A DNA stretch of 63,727 nucleotides, filler included, from Aduncisulcus paluster (Eukaryota): assembly GCA_024181965.1 (NCBI GenBank). It is 10 parts of 10 records of this genome, joined end to end, with 100 filler letters (N's around TTAATTAATTAA, not from the genome) between each part and the next. Parts side by side here need not be neighbours in the genome. Positions count along the whole stretch, not along the records: positions 21,019 to 43,568 come from BQXS01010147.1; 9 more parts are not named here. One strand, 5' to 3'. Made by a program: the position numbers and the translations under genes. Below are positions 23,868 through 37,500 of this stretch, piece by piece; within the stretch, counting starts at the first letter, position 1, and each line of letters begins with the position of its first letter. The notes below the pieces were generated by a model. The model saw only the letters and a list, made by a program, of their open reading frames with translations. It did not search any database and had not been told where the DNA came from.

Positions 23868-26317
23868 TCCTATATTGTCATATTCTCTCAATCTCTGTGA
23901 ATGTCATGTTTATCTGCATATTCAACGTTCAAATTCAATTGCAAAGAGAAGAATAATATTAATTACCTTCCTTTTAGTGTTGTGATTCGATTTTTCCATT
24001 GCTGATAGTTTTACTCTGTTGGATTCCTTTTGATCTTCTAACTCTTCAAATACATCTTTCTCTAAATCATTAATAATCATACTTTTTATATATAAATATT
24101 GTGCCATTTTCTCATCTTATAGGTAGGTCTGTTTTTCTCATTGCAAAATTGACACATTTCTTCAAGTGTTTATTTATTTGTGTTTTGCTATTAAAAACAG
24201 TGAAAATTATTATTTTTAAGTTTTATCCATTATATTCAAAGTTTTATGATATTTATATATATTTCTTGCTGTAACTTTCTTTCTTGCTTCTCTCTATACT
24301 GTCAATATCTCGTGAAAGCTTCAATTCTACATTTTTTTTTATATATTATATATATTATTTCTGATAATATATTCTGCTTCTATCTTATAAAATTATTTTT
24401 ATTTGACTGCCTTTTTTTGTTTTACGAAAAAACGTATGAAAAAAAAAAAGGATTTACTCACCCTCATTCAAATTTCTGGGTATTTCCTTAGTGTAAGTCG
24501 CTCGTTGATGTGTTTTTGAAAATATTATATATACTTTTAAATATAATTTTGCTAAATAGTACATATTTCATTTCAGTTTTTCTTTCTATCTTGTCATACT
24601 TGAGATGGTTTTCCTTCAAAGTTTTCTATTCTTAGAGGGTGTGTCAGCTCCTCTGCCTTCTTATATATAATACTCTTATCTATGTTATGTTCACTCAGTT
24701 TAGATATGAATACCTGTATAATCCGTTTTGGCTTTTATTATGGGCCAATTGCTATTTATGCATGTATTTGTATTTTTAATTTTGTCAATTTGAACATTTT
24801 CTCCTTATATTTTGTCTTTTCTCTCAATTTCTCTTCAATTATATTGTTTTTAGCCTTTTTTAATATTTATTTTTTGTGGAGTTTTCTTTAATTCTTCATT
24901 TTTTATTGCAATCTCATATTTCTGATTTATTCTTCTTCTTCTTATATCATATTCTTCCTGAGGTTTCCTCAACGATAAAAACCTGGATTTGTCCAGGATA
25001 TAATAAATATACGATAGTTTGTGTTCTTTGTTTTCCTTCTTGGTATCGAGCTACACATTTGGGAAAATATATTATAACTAATAAAAGAGTAAATATACTA
25101 TTAAAATCAAATATCAGTCATCTTTGTTTTTTAATAAGGAGTGAATGGAAAATGATTTGCTCCGAGCAACTTGAGTCAAACGGCTTGCCTGTTCTCCATT
25201 TTGGAATTAATTAATATTTTAGATACGAAATTGACTTTAATTATCCCGATTAAACATAAGTATACCGAAAAACAATAATATTTCATCCCGAACAAAAATA
25301 TTTCACTATTTCACATTCTACAGGGTTAATTCGCCAAAATTTTAATTCATTCACAAGAAATAGGAGAGTTTCATCCAATAATATTCCAGATATGGATGGA
25401 ATTTAACGAGATAATACAATACTAATATTAATGATCTGGACTGATCAGTATCCATTAAATCTGTTCAAATTTTAGTTATTTTCAATAAAAAATCATAATA
25501 ATAATCTTTGAAACGTTCAAAATAATTAACTGAGAGCCAAACAGCAACATTGAACAATGTCACATGAACATGAACTCAAGATTGCTCCAGCAAGCTGTGC
25601 AAAACATAAAGGCTGATTTATTGTTACCCAATCGGCAAAATACTAATATCAGTAGTATGTACATGAGCAATTTAACTACTGATAACGCCTTGAGCAGTGA
25701 TAAGAGAAAGAAGTGTTAACCGAGAAAATATAAAATAACAAATAGAAGGAACAAAACAAGAAGCAAAGAATTGAAGTAAGATAAGAGAAAACATAAGATA
25801 AAAAAGAGGAAAGCTCAAATTGTCATCATTGAACAATATAAGACTAGTGTTCAAAAAAGGAATAAATGAATTTAAACTCCTTTGTTAGAAACAATAAATA
25901 ATTATTCTAACAGCAATAGTACTATTCAATATACCCCAAAAATATATCAAATCAAGGAAAATATGATCAAAAGATGCCATCCCAAGACAAATCAGCCAAT
26001 CCATGAAGATAGAATTGACCACCACTCAAATAATATGAAACAACACGATTCAGCACCTCGAAAAATACAACAAGTACAATACGCAGTGCTTGAAAAAAGA
26101 AAACAGCAATAAATCTAATCTTAAATATGATATATGATTGACAATCTATCATAATTAGAATAAAATATAAAATATAATTATTATATTGTCATAACACATA
26201 TCAAACAACCTTATACAATACATAAATAATACCTAATGATAACATTGCCATACAGATGATCTTAAAGACGCTATATTATATAACATAAAGAAACTAATAT
26301 ACAACAAAACGAAATAT

Positions 26318-29288
26318 TCACAAGGATTCCTCTCCAGAATTAAGCTTTATGATGCAAGGAGAAGTGGGAACATCACAAGAAGAGGGATGGTCTTCGGAGC
26401 TTTCCAAGGCTTTCCCAGGGAACAGAGGAAGACCATGCTGGACCTTCACATCGAAAGAGACAGAAGAAACCAGTTCTTGAGCTGTTTTAGGTGAGATATC
26501 ATGATGTTGCTGGCTATTATTGTTTTGTTGTAGTCCTTTGTCAGAATCGAGAGTAATAGTATCATCTTTTTTCGCGAAAATAATGGATGAGGAGGAAGAA
26601 TTCGAAGAAGATGGAACAACAGGTTTGTCTTCATGGTGTGGCAATGATATTCTTGGTCGATCAGTATGTTGTGACTTTGACCGCTTTTGAATAACTTGGG
26701 TACTACTAGGCTGCTTTGACTGTATAAGATCAAAATGTTCGGTTGAAGTAATAGATCTATTATTGGAGAGATGGGCAGATTCAGATGATCTCCCATCATA
26801 AGAACTAGAATAATCTCCTTCTCGCGTGAGAGGTTTCCTCACAAGTTCCATGTCGATCTGGTGATATTTCGTTTGTTTCACTGAGGTCTTATCAAGAGGC
26901 ATCAAGAACATATCGGGAGTAGGAGGAATCCTCAACGCCATCATGCCAGACTTGCTCTGCGGCTGCTGATGTTGGATGCGACCATTCGCACCATGTGATG
27001 GATAGACAGAGTACGACTGACCATGGGCATCACTATGATAGTCAGAAGGGTTTCTCGGGAGGTGTGCAGGGTGGTGATGTATACCATAATGAAACTGGGA
27101 TGGAGGTTGACCCTGGGAGGGGAAGATAGGTGGGGGCGCATGGAAAGAGGAGTGGGAAACGGAGGACCCGGGCTCAAACCTCAGCAACGGGGCACCATAT
27201 TCATTTTGCAAGCCGTTTTCATGAGAGGGGATGTCAGGGTGGGCTCTAGGAACTGGGGGTAAAGGGAAAGTGAAGGGCATAGCCGGAGGGAGAGAAGAGC
27301 CAGATGATGATGTCGAGGAATCCGAGGAGGTCGTTTGAGGCTCTCCGGGAAATGAATGGGAATGGCCACGGGGATGTTGCTGTGAACTGACAGTGACATT
27401 TGGAGCTGAGGTGTTGTTGAGTGTCTCGAGGGGATGGCTATCAATGATGGTTGTTTCATGGATAAGATCTTCATGTCCTTGCTCAATGGACAACGAGGAG
27501 GCACCAATAACATGGGGAACAGGGCCTTGGGAAGTCATAGGAGCAATAATGCCGTCAATATACCCACCTCGACTTGGGGAGGCGGAATGACGAGAACTTG
27601 AAACGGACGGTGACATGGAATAGGAATGTGAACGTGAAAATGAGGCACTTCTTGAGGCATATTGCCCCACAGGGGGATTACCAGTGTCACACACAGGGGG
27701 AGTGGAAGAAGGTGAGGATCCATGGTGAGTGGAAGGGGAAGAATTTGTAAGAGAACCACTAGCAGAGCCAGATCGAGATGAAGGATGTGACATATCAATA
27801 TTTGAAGGATGGGAGCCCATCATAGGACCCATATGCTGACTAGGGCCTGACATATAAGATGAAGTGGAAGGATGGGTATATCCCATCCCGGTTGAAGCAT
27901 GAGCAGGGTGTGAGGAAAGTTGGGGGCCCATTCTAGACATAATCGGGAGACGTTCACTCGATGCAGAAGACATTGAGGATGTCAGAGAGGGAGACCTTTG
28001 GAGATCATGAGTTGGGGGATATTGATCGTGTAAAACCTGCATTGAATGCATCTGATGTGGATGATCACGGGGATAACCCGTCCCAGAAGGTTGGAAAGGA
28101 ATCTCATGAGTCGGATAAGCACGTGAATCGGGGTGCATTCCAAAGGGAATACCACTCCTGGGATCTCCGGGTTGCGTACTAATATCGCCCACACCAAGTG
28201 GTGGTATTACATGAGGATGTCCCATCATGAGGGACGGATTCATATGGGGAATAGGATTTGGATGGGCTGGATGATACTGCGCTGTGACATGTGGGTATGC
28301 AGGATGTCCTCCATATCCCATTGAATGTATGGTATCATAAATTTTTGGGAGAATTGTCGTGTATTGAGGGTGGTAAGATTTGGTCTGGTGACTCTGTTGT
28401 TTCATTTTTTTCTTCCNNNNNNNNNNNNNNNNNNNNCGGATAAGCACGTGAATCGGGGTGCATTCCAAAGGGAATACCACTCCTGGGATCTCCGGGTTGC
28501 GTACTAATATCGCCCACACCAAGTGGTGGTATTACATGAGGATGTCCCATCATGAGGGACGGATTCATATGGGGAATAGGATTTGGATGAGCTGGATGAT
28601 ACTGCGCTGTGACATGTGGGTATGCAGGATGTCCTCCATATCCCATTGAATGTATGGTATCATAAATTTTTGGGAGAATTGTCGTGTATTGAGGGTGGTA
28701 AGATTTGGTCTGGTGACTCTGTTGTTTCATTTTTTTCTTCCTTCGAACACCATCCCTTTCTTCACGGGTATATGCAGTTCTAACGACCAATGGATGGGTT
28801 GACTCCGGAAAAGCATATGTATTGTGTAAATTGCTTATTGCTCTCTCACTTCCTTCTCTATCGAAGAATTTTACAAATCCACTAGCTTTTGATACTCCAA
28901 CCGAATCTCGCAAAATAGCAACATCAAGAATGCTTCCAAACCGCTGAAATAGAGTCCTTAGCTGTTCTTCATCCACGGAAAGCGGGATCATTCCGATAAA
29001 CAATTTAAACCCACTATTCTCCGATTTTGTGTCTAAAGCAGGCCGAAGTCGGAGTGGTTGACGTAATTCTGGAATATTTACCTTACCTTTGGTTGTTTTT
29101 AAGACAGTATCAGCAATAGTTGGATCAGTAAAGTGAACGAAACATGAACCTCGCTTCTTACCTTCTTTATCTTTAATAAAAGAAACAGTACAATGACCAT
29201 ATTTCGAGAAAATATCAATTATATCCTTTTCACAGTAATCTGAAGGGAGAGGCCCAACCCAGAGCTTTGATACATCTGTAGGCGGCAT
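26318..29288 (-). CDS. CELF/Bruno-like RNA-binding protein: two N-terminal RRMs and a long His/Pro/Ser-rich tail; duplication artefact at gap 28417-28436
   Basis: RRM1 KLWVGPLP..RGSCFVHF; RRM2 KLFIGMIP..SKASGFVKF..AISNLHN..PLVVR.A. Confidence 0.85.
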
Positions 29289-29639
29289 TGAGATAAATTG
29301 AAGGAATTTATATCAAAAATGCTGCAGGAAATAAAGAAAACGCAAAAATATCGGTCTCTGAAATCCACACAGAAACTCGAGAGGCGAAAAGAACGATCAA
29401 TTACCTTTCCGAGAATGGCATTGATATAATCATCCAATCATAATAAAATAGTATGACTCTATCCAAATATTACTTCCGATTCTTTCATTACTCCTAAAAT
29501 ATATTTCCAGATATTGAAAACCCCTCGTTTGCCTCTATGAGTTTTTATTTTCGCTATCGGCTCCAGATCCACATTAACGGTTTGCTAAACATATAAAATC
29601 AGCACAAAAATATATATGTAAATGAATTTCCCGATAGAT

Positions 29640-30754
29640 TTATTTGTAAAGGGGATGCTCTTTCTCTATCCAATCTTCAAACGAACAGGCAGAATATACC
29701 TCACAATTATGAATAAATAATCCAAAAATTTTATGAATTACTTGATCTCGATGCGATGTAAAGTGGGAAAAATCATGTTCATGCTTATCTACAAAATAAT
29801 TATTATGAGTATATATGGTACCAACAGCGACCTTTTTTTCATCACTCACGTCCGAATGTAATCCTTTAATTCGTTTATCTTCTTCTTGAATTGCTATATA
29901 TTCCGAAATACTCTCAATTTCACTCTCTGTCGTGGTATGTTCGAGTATTTTATCACTGTGAGTCATAACCATGCAAACAGAAGACATAACCGGAACTGTA
30001 AAGGATAACGCAGAAGGAGTAGATGTTGGCCTGGTGCGAGATGATTTGCCATGAGTTTCTTTCTTTTCCTGAATTGTCTTCTTTTTGAGGGCTTTCACAC
30101 TTGTCATTTTTGTTTTTCGCATTGTTTTGACAAAAGATTTCATTTTTTCTCTCAATTTATCTTCATTTTGAACTGTTATTTTATCAGTCATCGAGAATAC
30201 ACAGCATAATATGTGAGAACAATACAAATCATCTTTAAGAAATGGAAAAGACCGAGCTGCAATCGAAGACACGTCAAATATAATAATATTGAATGGAATT
30301 TTTTTAAATTTTTTGGTTGATATATAAAAATAAATTGAATATACATTTTTTGAGAGTTGTGTTGGAGAATATGAATGATCAAGATCGGAAGCTTTAGTTG
30401 CCTTATGTGGCAATAATCCTGCTAATAAACGCGCAAACGACGATTTACCCGATTTGCAAGATTGAAATGGATCGACATCAACCAATCCGATTCGGATAGG
30501 GTAGGAATTTATCAAAGAGGGATTAGAGAACTCAAGTCCAAGATCTGATATGAAATTAGTAAATACAATAAGGAATAAAGCAAAGTTAAAAAATAATTGA
30601 GATAATACATATCGATAATGAGGGTAAACAACACATGAAATATTATAATGCGATATGAGAAGTTATATAATTAAAAAGTAATCAGAATCAATTATAAATC
30701 GTACATACATGTATTTACATGCAATTCTTCAATTGTAATATCACTATCTATCAT
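29640..30754 (-). CDS. Atypical small GTPase resembling CPLANE2/RSG1; intron 30545-30708
   Basis: P-loop KSGKSSFARLLAGL, then FNIIIFDVSSIAARSFPFL and CCVFSMTD, matching the recalled CPLANE2 pattern GKT..AKLAGL / F.FEFWD.G..A..KF / FLFSFTD. Intron reads GTATGT...TACTAAT-TTCATATCAG. Confidence 0.65.
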
Positions 30755-30978
30755 TCTGCTGCAAAATCTTATGGAGACATTCGAAACACGTCTTTCTAGC
30801 CTAATTGGAACCAAATATTCTCTCTAATTGAGACATTAAATATATTAGTATTCACCTTAATATTTATTATTAATAAAACTACAATTTAATATCAATCTCG
30901 TGTTCTGCAAGAAATTTTTGACGAATTTCTAATTTCTGCTCGTCAGCAAAAAACAATACACATTAAGGGATTTATCTG

Positions 30979-32691
30979 ATGAAAAGGTTGCAGTCCATAA
31001 AAGAATTATATGATATAATTCTGCCTATATCAATTTTAGAGAGCAAATTATCTTCCGACATTTCTATGATGCCTAGACCACATGGACCCTGTCCCAGATG
31101 TCCAATTACATATAGAATGCTAACAGAAGAAGAAAGAACCGTTCTAAAACATCCAACAGCCCCCCCTTTTGTTCAAGAGAAGGCAAAAGCTAAATCTCGT
31201 GCTTTGGAAGCAGAGGAAGCTGTAAAACATTCGAATAGTCAAGCAATTCAAGCAGTAGAGGAAGCCAAAATACTTTTTGATCAATTACAGAAAGCTAAAA
31301 CTGAATGTGATCAAATTGACTCCCAGTACCAGTCAGCTCTTAAATCTGTTGGTGTTGGCGATGACGATGAGATTCAAGATTCCCATAAATCCTCAGAAAT
31401 GGGATCCAATAATCCACACTCCCGTGCTTCTATTTTATCCCTCCAATCAGCCCTCAGCAAAGCCCAGGCTATTGTATCATCCATTCAACAACAATATAAT
31501 AAGGCCCGCGATACAGCCTCTAGAATGACAGGTATTGCCAGTGCTTGTATGGCCCAAGCTATGGCTGCACGTGGATCCTTAAAGGATGAAACAGAGATCG
31601 AACGGGATTCTATTGGGTTTAAAAGCACTCACATTGCTACCCTTATGAAAAATAACGAGCAAAATGACCCATCAGCGGTCGATATGCCCTTTAAATATGA
31701 TCCTGATCTTGAGCCTGAGGAAATGGCCGATCCTACACAGGAAGATCAAGGATTGATGGGTCTCCATGCCATGAGTGGTGGTGGATTTGGTGTGATGGAA
31801 CGTCCTCCCCCAGTTAATGATGCTTCAGCCGTTGCAGTTTTCTCTGGACACCCTCTTGTGTCTTTCCTCCCTTCATTGGCCTCCTTCATGCCTTGTTCAC
31901 GACTTATGCGCCGTGTCGACGGGCGAGAAAACCCCTTTGTTGTAAGGGTTCTTGGTTTTGGCTGGGTTTATGTTGACGACGCGAGAGATTTCCGTGAGGA
32001 TGCTCTCATGGAATATGTTGATCAAATAACTCAATTGGAGGCAGAAGTTAAGAGATCGAGGGAACGCAGACTTGTCAAACTCGTTGATAAGGTTGTTGTC
32101 GGGAGTGTAAGTGCGAAGAAGAGGAGAGAGGAACGAGAGAAACGCCAGCAACAAGACCAGGGAACTGGAGAAGATGTCTCCGGCGATAGACCGGTTGGAG
32201 ACGATGAAAATGAGGAGGAACGAATGCGTAGACTCAAAGAAATGATATTTAATGAAGCCAAGAGTACAAAATCTTCGACTGACTATGCTTCCTCCGTATA
32301 TTCACTCCGTATCGATAAGAAAGCTGCCGAGATCTACAAACCCCTCCAGTTGCGTACAGAACTCAAGGAGGAGACGACAGAGATCAAGAAGATGAATCGA
32401 ATGCTCAAGCGAGCCACTGAGACAGTGTCAACTGAGGCCGATGAGTGTGAGGATCGCATTGAAGAGTTTGAAGGTGCCATTCAAGCCATTGCTGAGCAAA
32501 TTGAGGCCGGAGAGAAGAGAATCAGAGCAGCTCAAAAGAAGAAGGAAGATCTTGTCAAAAAACAGAAGCTTGAAAACCTCAAGAGACAGCATCTCATGAG
32601 CGTTATGAAAGATAAATTTAGAGTCAGTGTGAATGAAGAAGGGAAAATGATGCCAAATCCATTGAGAAGGAGGAGGAAGAAGAAGGTATAA
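30979..32691 (+). CDS. Coiled-coil hypothetical protein (start may be 31067)
   Basis: 570-aa ORF with long heptad Glu/Lys/Ala segments and a basic NLS-like C-terminus (RRRRKKKV). Confidence 0.8.
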   Translation: MKRLQSIKELYDIILPISILESKLSSDISMMPRPHGPCPRCPITYRMLTEEERTVLKHPTAPPFVQEKAKAKSRALEAEEAVKHSNSQAIQAVEEAKILFDQLQKAKTECDQIDSQYQSALKSVGVGDDDEIQDSHKSSEMGSNNPHSRASILSLQSALSKAQAIVSSIQQQYNKARDTASRMTGIASACMAQAMAARGSLKDETEIERDSIGFKSTHIATLMKNNEQNDPSAVDMPFKYDPDLEPEEMADPTQEDQGLMGLHAMSGGGFGVMERPPPVNDASAVAVFSGHPLVSFLPSLASFMPCSRLMRRVDGRENPFVVRVLGFGWVYVDDARDFREDALMEYVDQITQLEAEVKRSRERRLVKLVDKVVVGSVSAKKRREEREKRQQQDQGTGEDVSGDRPVGDDENEEERMRRLKEMIFNEAKSTKSSTDYASSVYSLRIDKKAAEIYKPLQLRTELKEETTEIKKMNRMLKRATETVSTEADECEDRIEEFEGAIQAIAEQIEAGEKRIRAAQKKKEDLVKKQKLENLKRQHLMSVMKDKFRVSVNEEGKMMPNPLRRRRKKKV

Positions 32692-33299
32692 AGCCCATAG
32701 AAGCTCAATCTTAGGAATGGATTGTAATATTGAGGTAATCGTGTTTATTTAATTCTTAATCTTCATTGTTCATTTGACCAGAATTTTTTATTTATTTATA
32801 AATAGAACAGTGTAGAATCGAGATGAGAAAGTCTTGAGATAAACATTGCGATTGAACTCAATATAATTACACAATATCATTGAATCTTTTTCTTTGTTTT
32901 AATCACTCTTTGATGGTCAAAATAATTGGATTGAAAATGGTACAAATGAGACATGCGTTACCACATATATTTGAAGAGCCTTTTGAATAATTCTTACATT
33001 TTCGTTTGTACTAAATTTATTTTGTTTGAAATCGTATAACAACATTCAAAATAGTCGGAAAATGCGTAAAAGACGTTAATCAATATTTTATGGAGAATGA
33101 AGTTCCAAACTGTACTGTACTGTACAAATAACATTATGGATCGAATGATTCAATATCCAATAATTATTATTCAAGCCAAATTGGCTTAGCCAATAACAGG
33201 TTCTCGCTAAATTTTTAATCACTAGGATTTTACGATAAATTGTTTCAGTAAAATTGGGTTTAATTTGTGAGATTTTTGGGTGTTTTTTGGCTGAAAGAA

Positions 33300-33595
33300 C
33301 TAAAAGCTTAGGTGACTACCCTTGCTCTTTGGTTCTTTCTTTTGGATTAAATTCCAGCTGTAAGACGATACACAAGTCGCTTCTCTTATGCACAGGCCTC
33401 TTCCAAGCCCACATAGAAGGGTAGATACCCATCTACGTGATCTCTCTTCTCTGGTTCGGCCAGGTACCATGAAATCGGTTCCATTCCTCCGTACGTGCTC
33501 AATAAAATCCCAAGCTTTTTCTCCAATGGCTCCAATTGTTGTCAAGGCGAAGGGTATCAAAAGATAGGGTTGGTGCTTTTTGGCACGGTTATATA
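33300..33595 (-). mobile_element. 5'-truncated non-LTR retrotransposon 3' end (tail of the restriction-like endonuclease)
   Basis: KKHQPYLLIPFALTTIGAIGEKAWDFI matches the K..Y..f.Pf..et.G..g..a..f tail of CRE/R2/NeSL-type elements. The segment is GC-richer than its flanks. Confidence 0.65.
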
Positions 33596-33876
33596 ATCAC
33601 ATAGAGTAAATTTTAATAAATAGAGAAATAGAACTATGCAGAATGCCTTTAAATATAGAATTATAAGAAATATATCCCCGTCACGTCGGGACAAAAGTGG
33701 GAAGGCAAGGAAAAAACTTTACTTCTGAAAATATCTAATATAGACGAAAATTATTAACAAATACCAGAGAAACAAATCAAAAAAAAATAAATATAAATAA
33801 AATCATAACATTCCATAATCAATACAAAGTGAAAGCAATGATACACGATCATTTTTAAAAACAACTCAGCAATAGT

Positions 33877-34083
33877 CTATTCGGGTGTTTCTTCAAGACT
33901 TTCATGAACACTAATGCCTTCCAAGGCCAGGAAAATACTCAAACTGTTGAGTTCAACAGATGGAGAAGATTTTTTCGCTTTCATCTCACTGATCAACATC
34001 ATCACTTCACTTTTTTTTCGCTGCAAGGTTTCCAAAACCATCTTTTCAAGATTGTCAAACTTATCTTCAATGTCTTTTGTCAT
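33877..34083 (-). CDS. Small hypothetical coiled-coil protein (68 aa)
   Basis: MTKDIEDKFDNLEKMVLETLQRKKSEV...; coding-like composition within AT-rich flanks. Confidence 0.35.
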   Translation of the reverse strand: MTKDIEDKFDNLEKMVLETLQRKKSEVMMLISEMKAKKSSPSVELNSLSIFLALEGISVHESLEETPE

Positions 34084-34594
34084 AGAAATAAATAATTTCG
34101 GTTGGTTTTCAAAAAAGGTTGAAGATATTGTGAACAAACAAGAAAAGTGATCATGTCATTTTGGGATGTTGGATCAGGTGAGCCAATCAATTTCAAATGA
34201 AATCCCCAAAATATTAAAATGAAATAACGCCGAAATCATGCATAACTACGTTGAAGATATTGTTTCACCAAGATAAAAAAACAGTCATTTTTTTGTTTCT
34301 TTTTCGGGTGAGGAATCAGCAAAAAATAATGTATTAAGCACATTAATCCTGTTTTTATTGAAGATTAATATTTATTTTTATTTTTTATTTTATTTTATTG
34401 GGCTATTATCATCGTATTTAGCCGAATATCGCTAAGATGTGATATGAGAGGTTTCCGCCACCAATAGATACCATATTATAGAAATAAATTAATGAAAATC
34501 CAATTACTTGACATTCTTCCAGCCAAAGATCAAAGGAGGAGCAATTAACATGAAACAGTTATCTATTTTATTCCACCCCTTTAAATGCGAATAA

Positions 34595-37500
34595 TTACTT
34601 AGAAAGACAATCAATACATATTTTAGTAACTCCTTTCCATCTAGCTCCATCAGATACTCCAGATACAGGATATGTTTCCCCAGTTTCCTTGAATTCGTAT
34701 CCATAAGCTTCAAGTAGAGAAGAGCACTGAGACTCGATCTTTTCATCAGAGAGTAAACATATCTTTGCCAATTCCTTGTTTGCAATCATTGAAAAGGCAG
34801 GATTTATCTTCTTCTCCTTTCCTTCAACGTCGACCACTCCTTTTTTGATGAATGATTTAAACTTACGAAGACATAGATGAGATAACATATCACGCTCCAC
34901 TGGAGACACCTCAGAAAGATAGAGGGAACTTGCATGAGGCTCTTTGGAGTTCATAAGGTTGTTCCATGGGTCTTCAAGGCGATAACCAACTGCACAATCC
35001 AATTTTGATGATTCATCTTCTTCTTTGCTCATTCCGTCACTACTAATACCAATGTTTTCACCGTGTTTTCCACACACCCGTCTGAGATCCACTAAGGCAC
35101 CCAGAATATCACCATTTTGAAGGTTGAGACACATCCTCAAGGCAGGGAGTAAAGGAGAACGAATGCACTGATCAGCAACCATACCGGTAGCCTTAACACA
35201 GTCTTTGAAGAGCTGAGAACAATCACCTTTCATGGCTGTCAATACACGCTCACAACCACTAACATCGCCATCGAGGATTCTGTCTTTCTTATCAGCCTTG
35301 ATGTCATGTGTTTTTTGTTCAGCATACACGTGATTATACACCTTTTGCATGTATGAATGATGAGACTTCAAGTAATCGGTCACTTCATCGAAAGAAGACA
35401 GTCTTGGCTCATCTTGTTCATCGTCAGCTTGTATATCAGTAATACTGCCTGCCTTCAATTGTTTGATACCTTCTTGAAGACACAAAGCCATTGAACACAA
35501 TCCCTCACATCCATGGATAACAGAAGAGTTGGATCTCATAGTGGAACCCAATAACTCCACGGTATCCAAATAGCAAAGGCCTGATCCCATTCTACAGGCA
35601 TACCCATGCAAATTGAGGCAGCTGTCACATGATACTTTGATTGTATCACAGAGAGTGAACAAGGAATGCATAGAGAAGGACATATCTCGCAAGAACTTCT
35701 TAGAGAGAAGAGAGGATCCGGGGAGAAGAGTTTCAATTACTGGACTGTCATCAACAAGAGCATCAGCCTCGTTCTTGATCGTTTGACGAAGGATCCGGCC
35801 AAAACCAGAGTACCCACGAAGACTCTGATATTTCAGGGTCTGAAGGTCAAGTGTATGGAACATGAGATAGTCACGGATGAACAGACTATACATTTCATCG
35901 GCCTCTTCGTAGTCTCCAGAACGTTGAAGCGCCTGGGTATACAAAGTCATCAAGAAACGATCACCAATATCAAGGCTTAGGGAATGATGGATGATTGAGG
36001 CAGCAGTGCGATATAGAGCACAACGTTCAGAGATTCTGCAGAGAATAATGCAACATGAAATAAACGTATCGTCACAGGGGTATGGGGGAAGAGCAGGGAG
36101 AGCCTTGACTTCATCAGGAACAGTTGAGAAACTCTTCTTCTTCAGACTAGGCATTTTGGACTCTTTTAGATTCTTTGCTCTTTCAGCCTCTTTCTCCTTC
36201 TTTTGGACATCAAAGATTTTCTTCTCAGCTTCCACTCGTTCCCCAGCACCACAAAGGGTAATACACTTATTCCAGCATTCTAATATCAATTTCTCTTCAT
36301 TTCCGGCAATGGCTCCTTTCCCACATACGATACGAAGCTCAAGCAAATGACAGATAGCCAGAGCAAAAGTACAACGAGCAATTGTGATATCTTTCTCCAC
36401 CTTTAACTCAGCACTTTCTTTCTCCTCAAGTTTCCTTGAGCATGCATCGACACATTTCTCCAAACACTCAAGCGCAACACGTGCAAAGACGGTATCCTTT
36501 CTGCACTCTTCCTCAATCCCAAGGACAATCCCAGGCACCCTTCGCTGGATCATGGAACACATCCAAGAATCAACACAACTCTTCAGATCGGCCTCTCCTT
36601 TCCACAAGGATATCCACATGACAATACGAATGATGGCATCACTCTTCGTATCTTGCTCAGACAATTCCTTTGACAAAAGATCCAGAGCATGAAGAATGGA
36701 CTCAGAGTCTGAACGGAAGGACTCCATATCAGCCCTTTGAGCCTTTGAGATACTGTTGGGTGAAGTAGAGAAGAAGAACGATGGGTGGAGATGTGTTTTG
36801 AGGCTGAGAGAATGAGTCCCATCCAAACCACAGACGGATACCCATTCTGATATCCACTCAATATTCTCAGGCTCTTCAACCACTTTCTTCTTAACAATCT
36901 CAACTTGACGGAAATGGGTGCCAAGTTCACGGTGAATGCAATACAATGTCGTAGCAATACGACCAGAGTCAGCAGTACCCATAGAGGGCATCATAAGCTT
37001 AGATACAACTTTAGAGGGTGGATATAACTTGTGAGAAGCAGTGTCATGAGAGGATATTGAGTCATCATGTGCACCAGCTGATAAATTGGTTTTTTGGGGT
37101 TCCTCAGATTCCTTATCATTCCCATCATCTCCACCTTTCTTTCCTTTCCTCTTCCTCCTCTTCTTTTTTTTCTTCTTGTCGCCACTGATATCCACAGGAG
37201 CATCTGGTGTCTCAGCAGGGACAGAGAAGTCAAGGAAACAATGGGCAGCATCTCCATACCGCTTGAGTTTACAGAGACATATGGCACGGAAATAAACAAG
37301 CTCATGAACTTCAATGCAATCTCTCTCTTCTTTTTTTGTACTTTCAAGCAAGAGAGATAATGATTTTGTTGCAATGTCAAAGGCTCCAGCAAAATCTCCA
37401 AGATTGTATTTGGCGAGGGCAACACATATCCAATGGCCTCTGTGTTGAGAACGAAGTTTCAAAAGATGGAGAGCAGAAACCTCTAATCCTTTCCAATCTT

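Noticed and set aside
23868-26317. Short ORFs or ncRNA in the 2.4-kb AT-rich interval
   Set aside because: The ORFs are Phe/Ile/Leu-rich by composition only, and no tRNA, snRNA or snoRNA structure could be supported. Probably convergent 3' UTRs.
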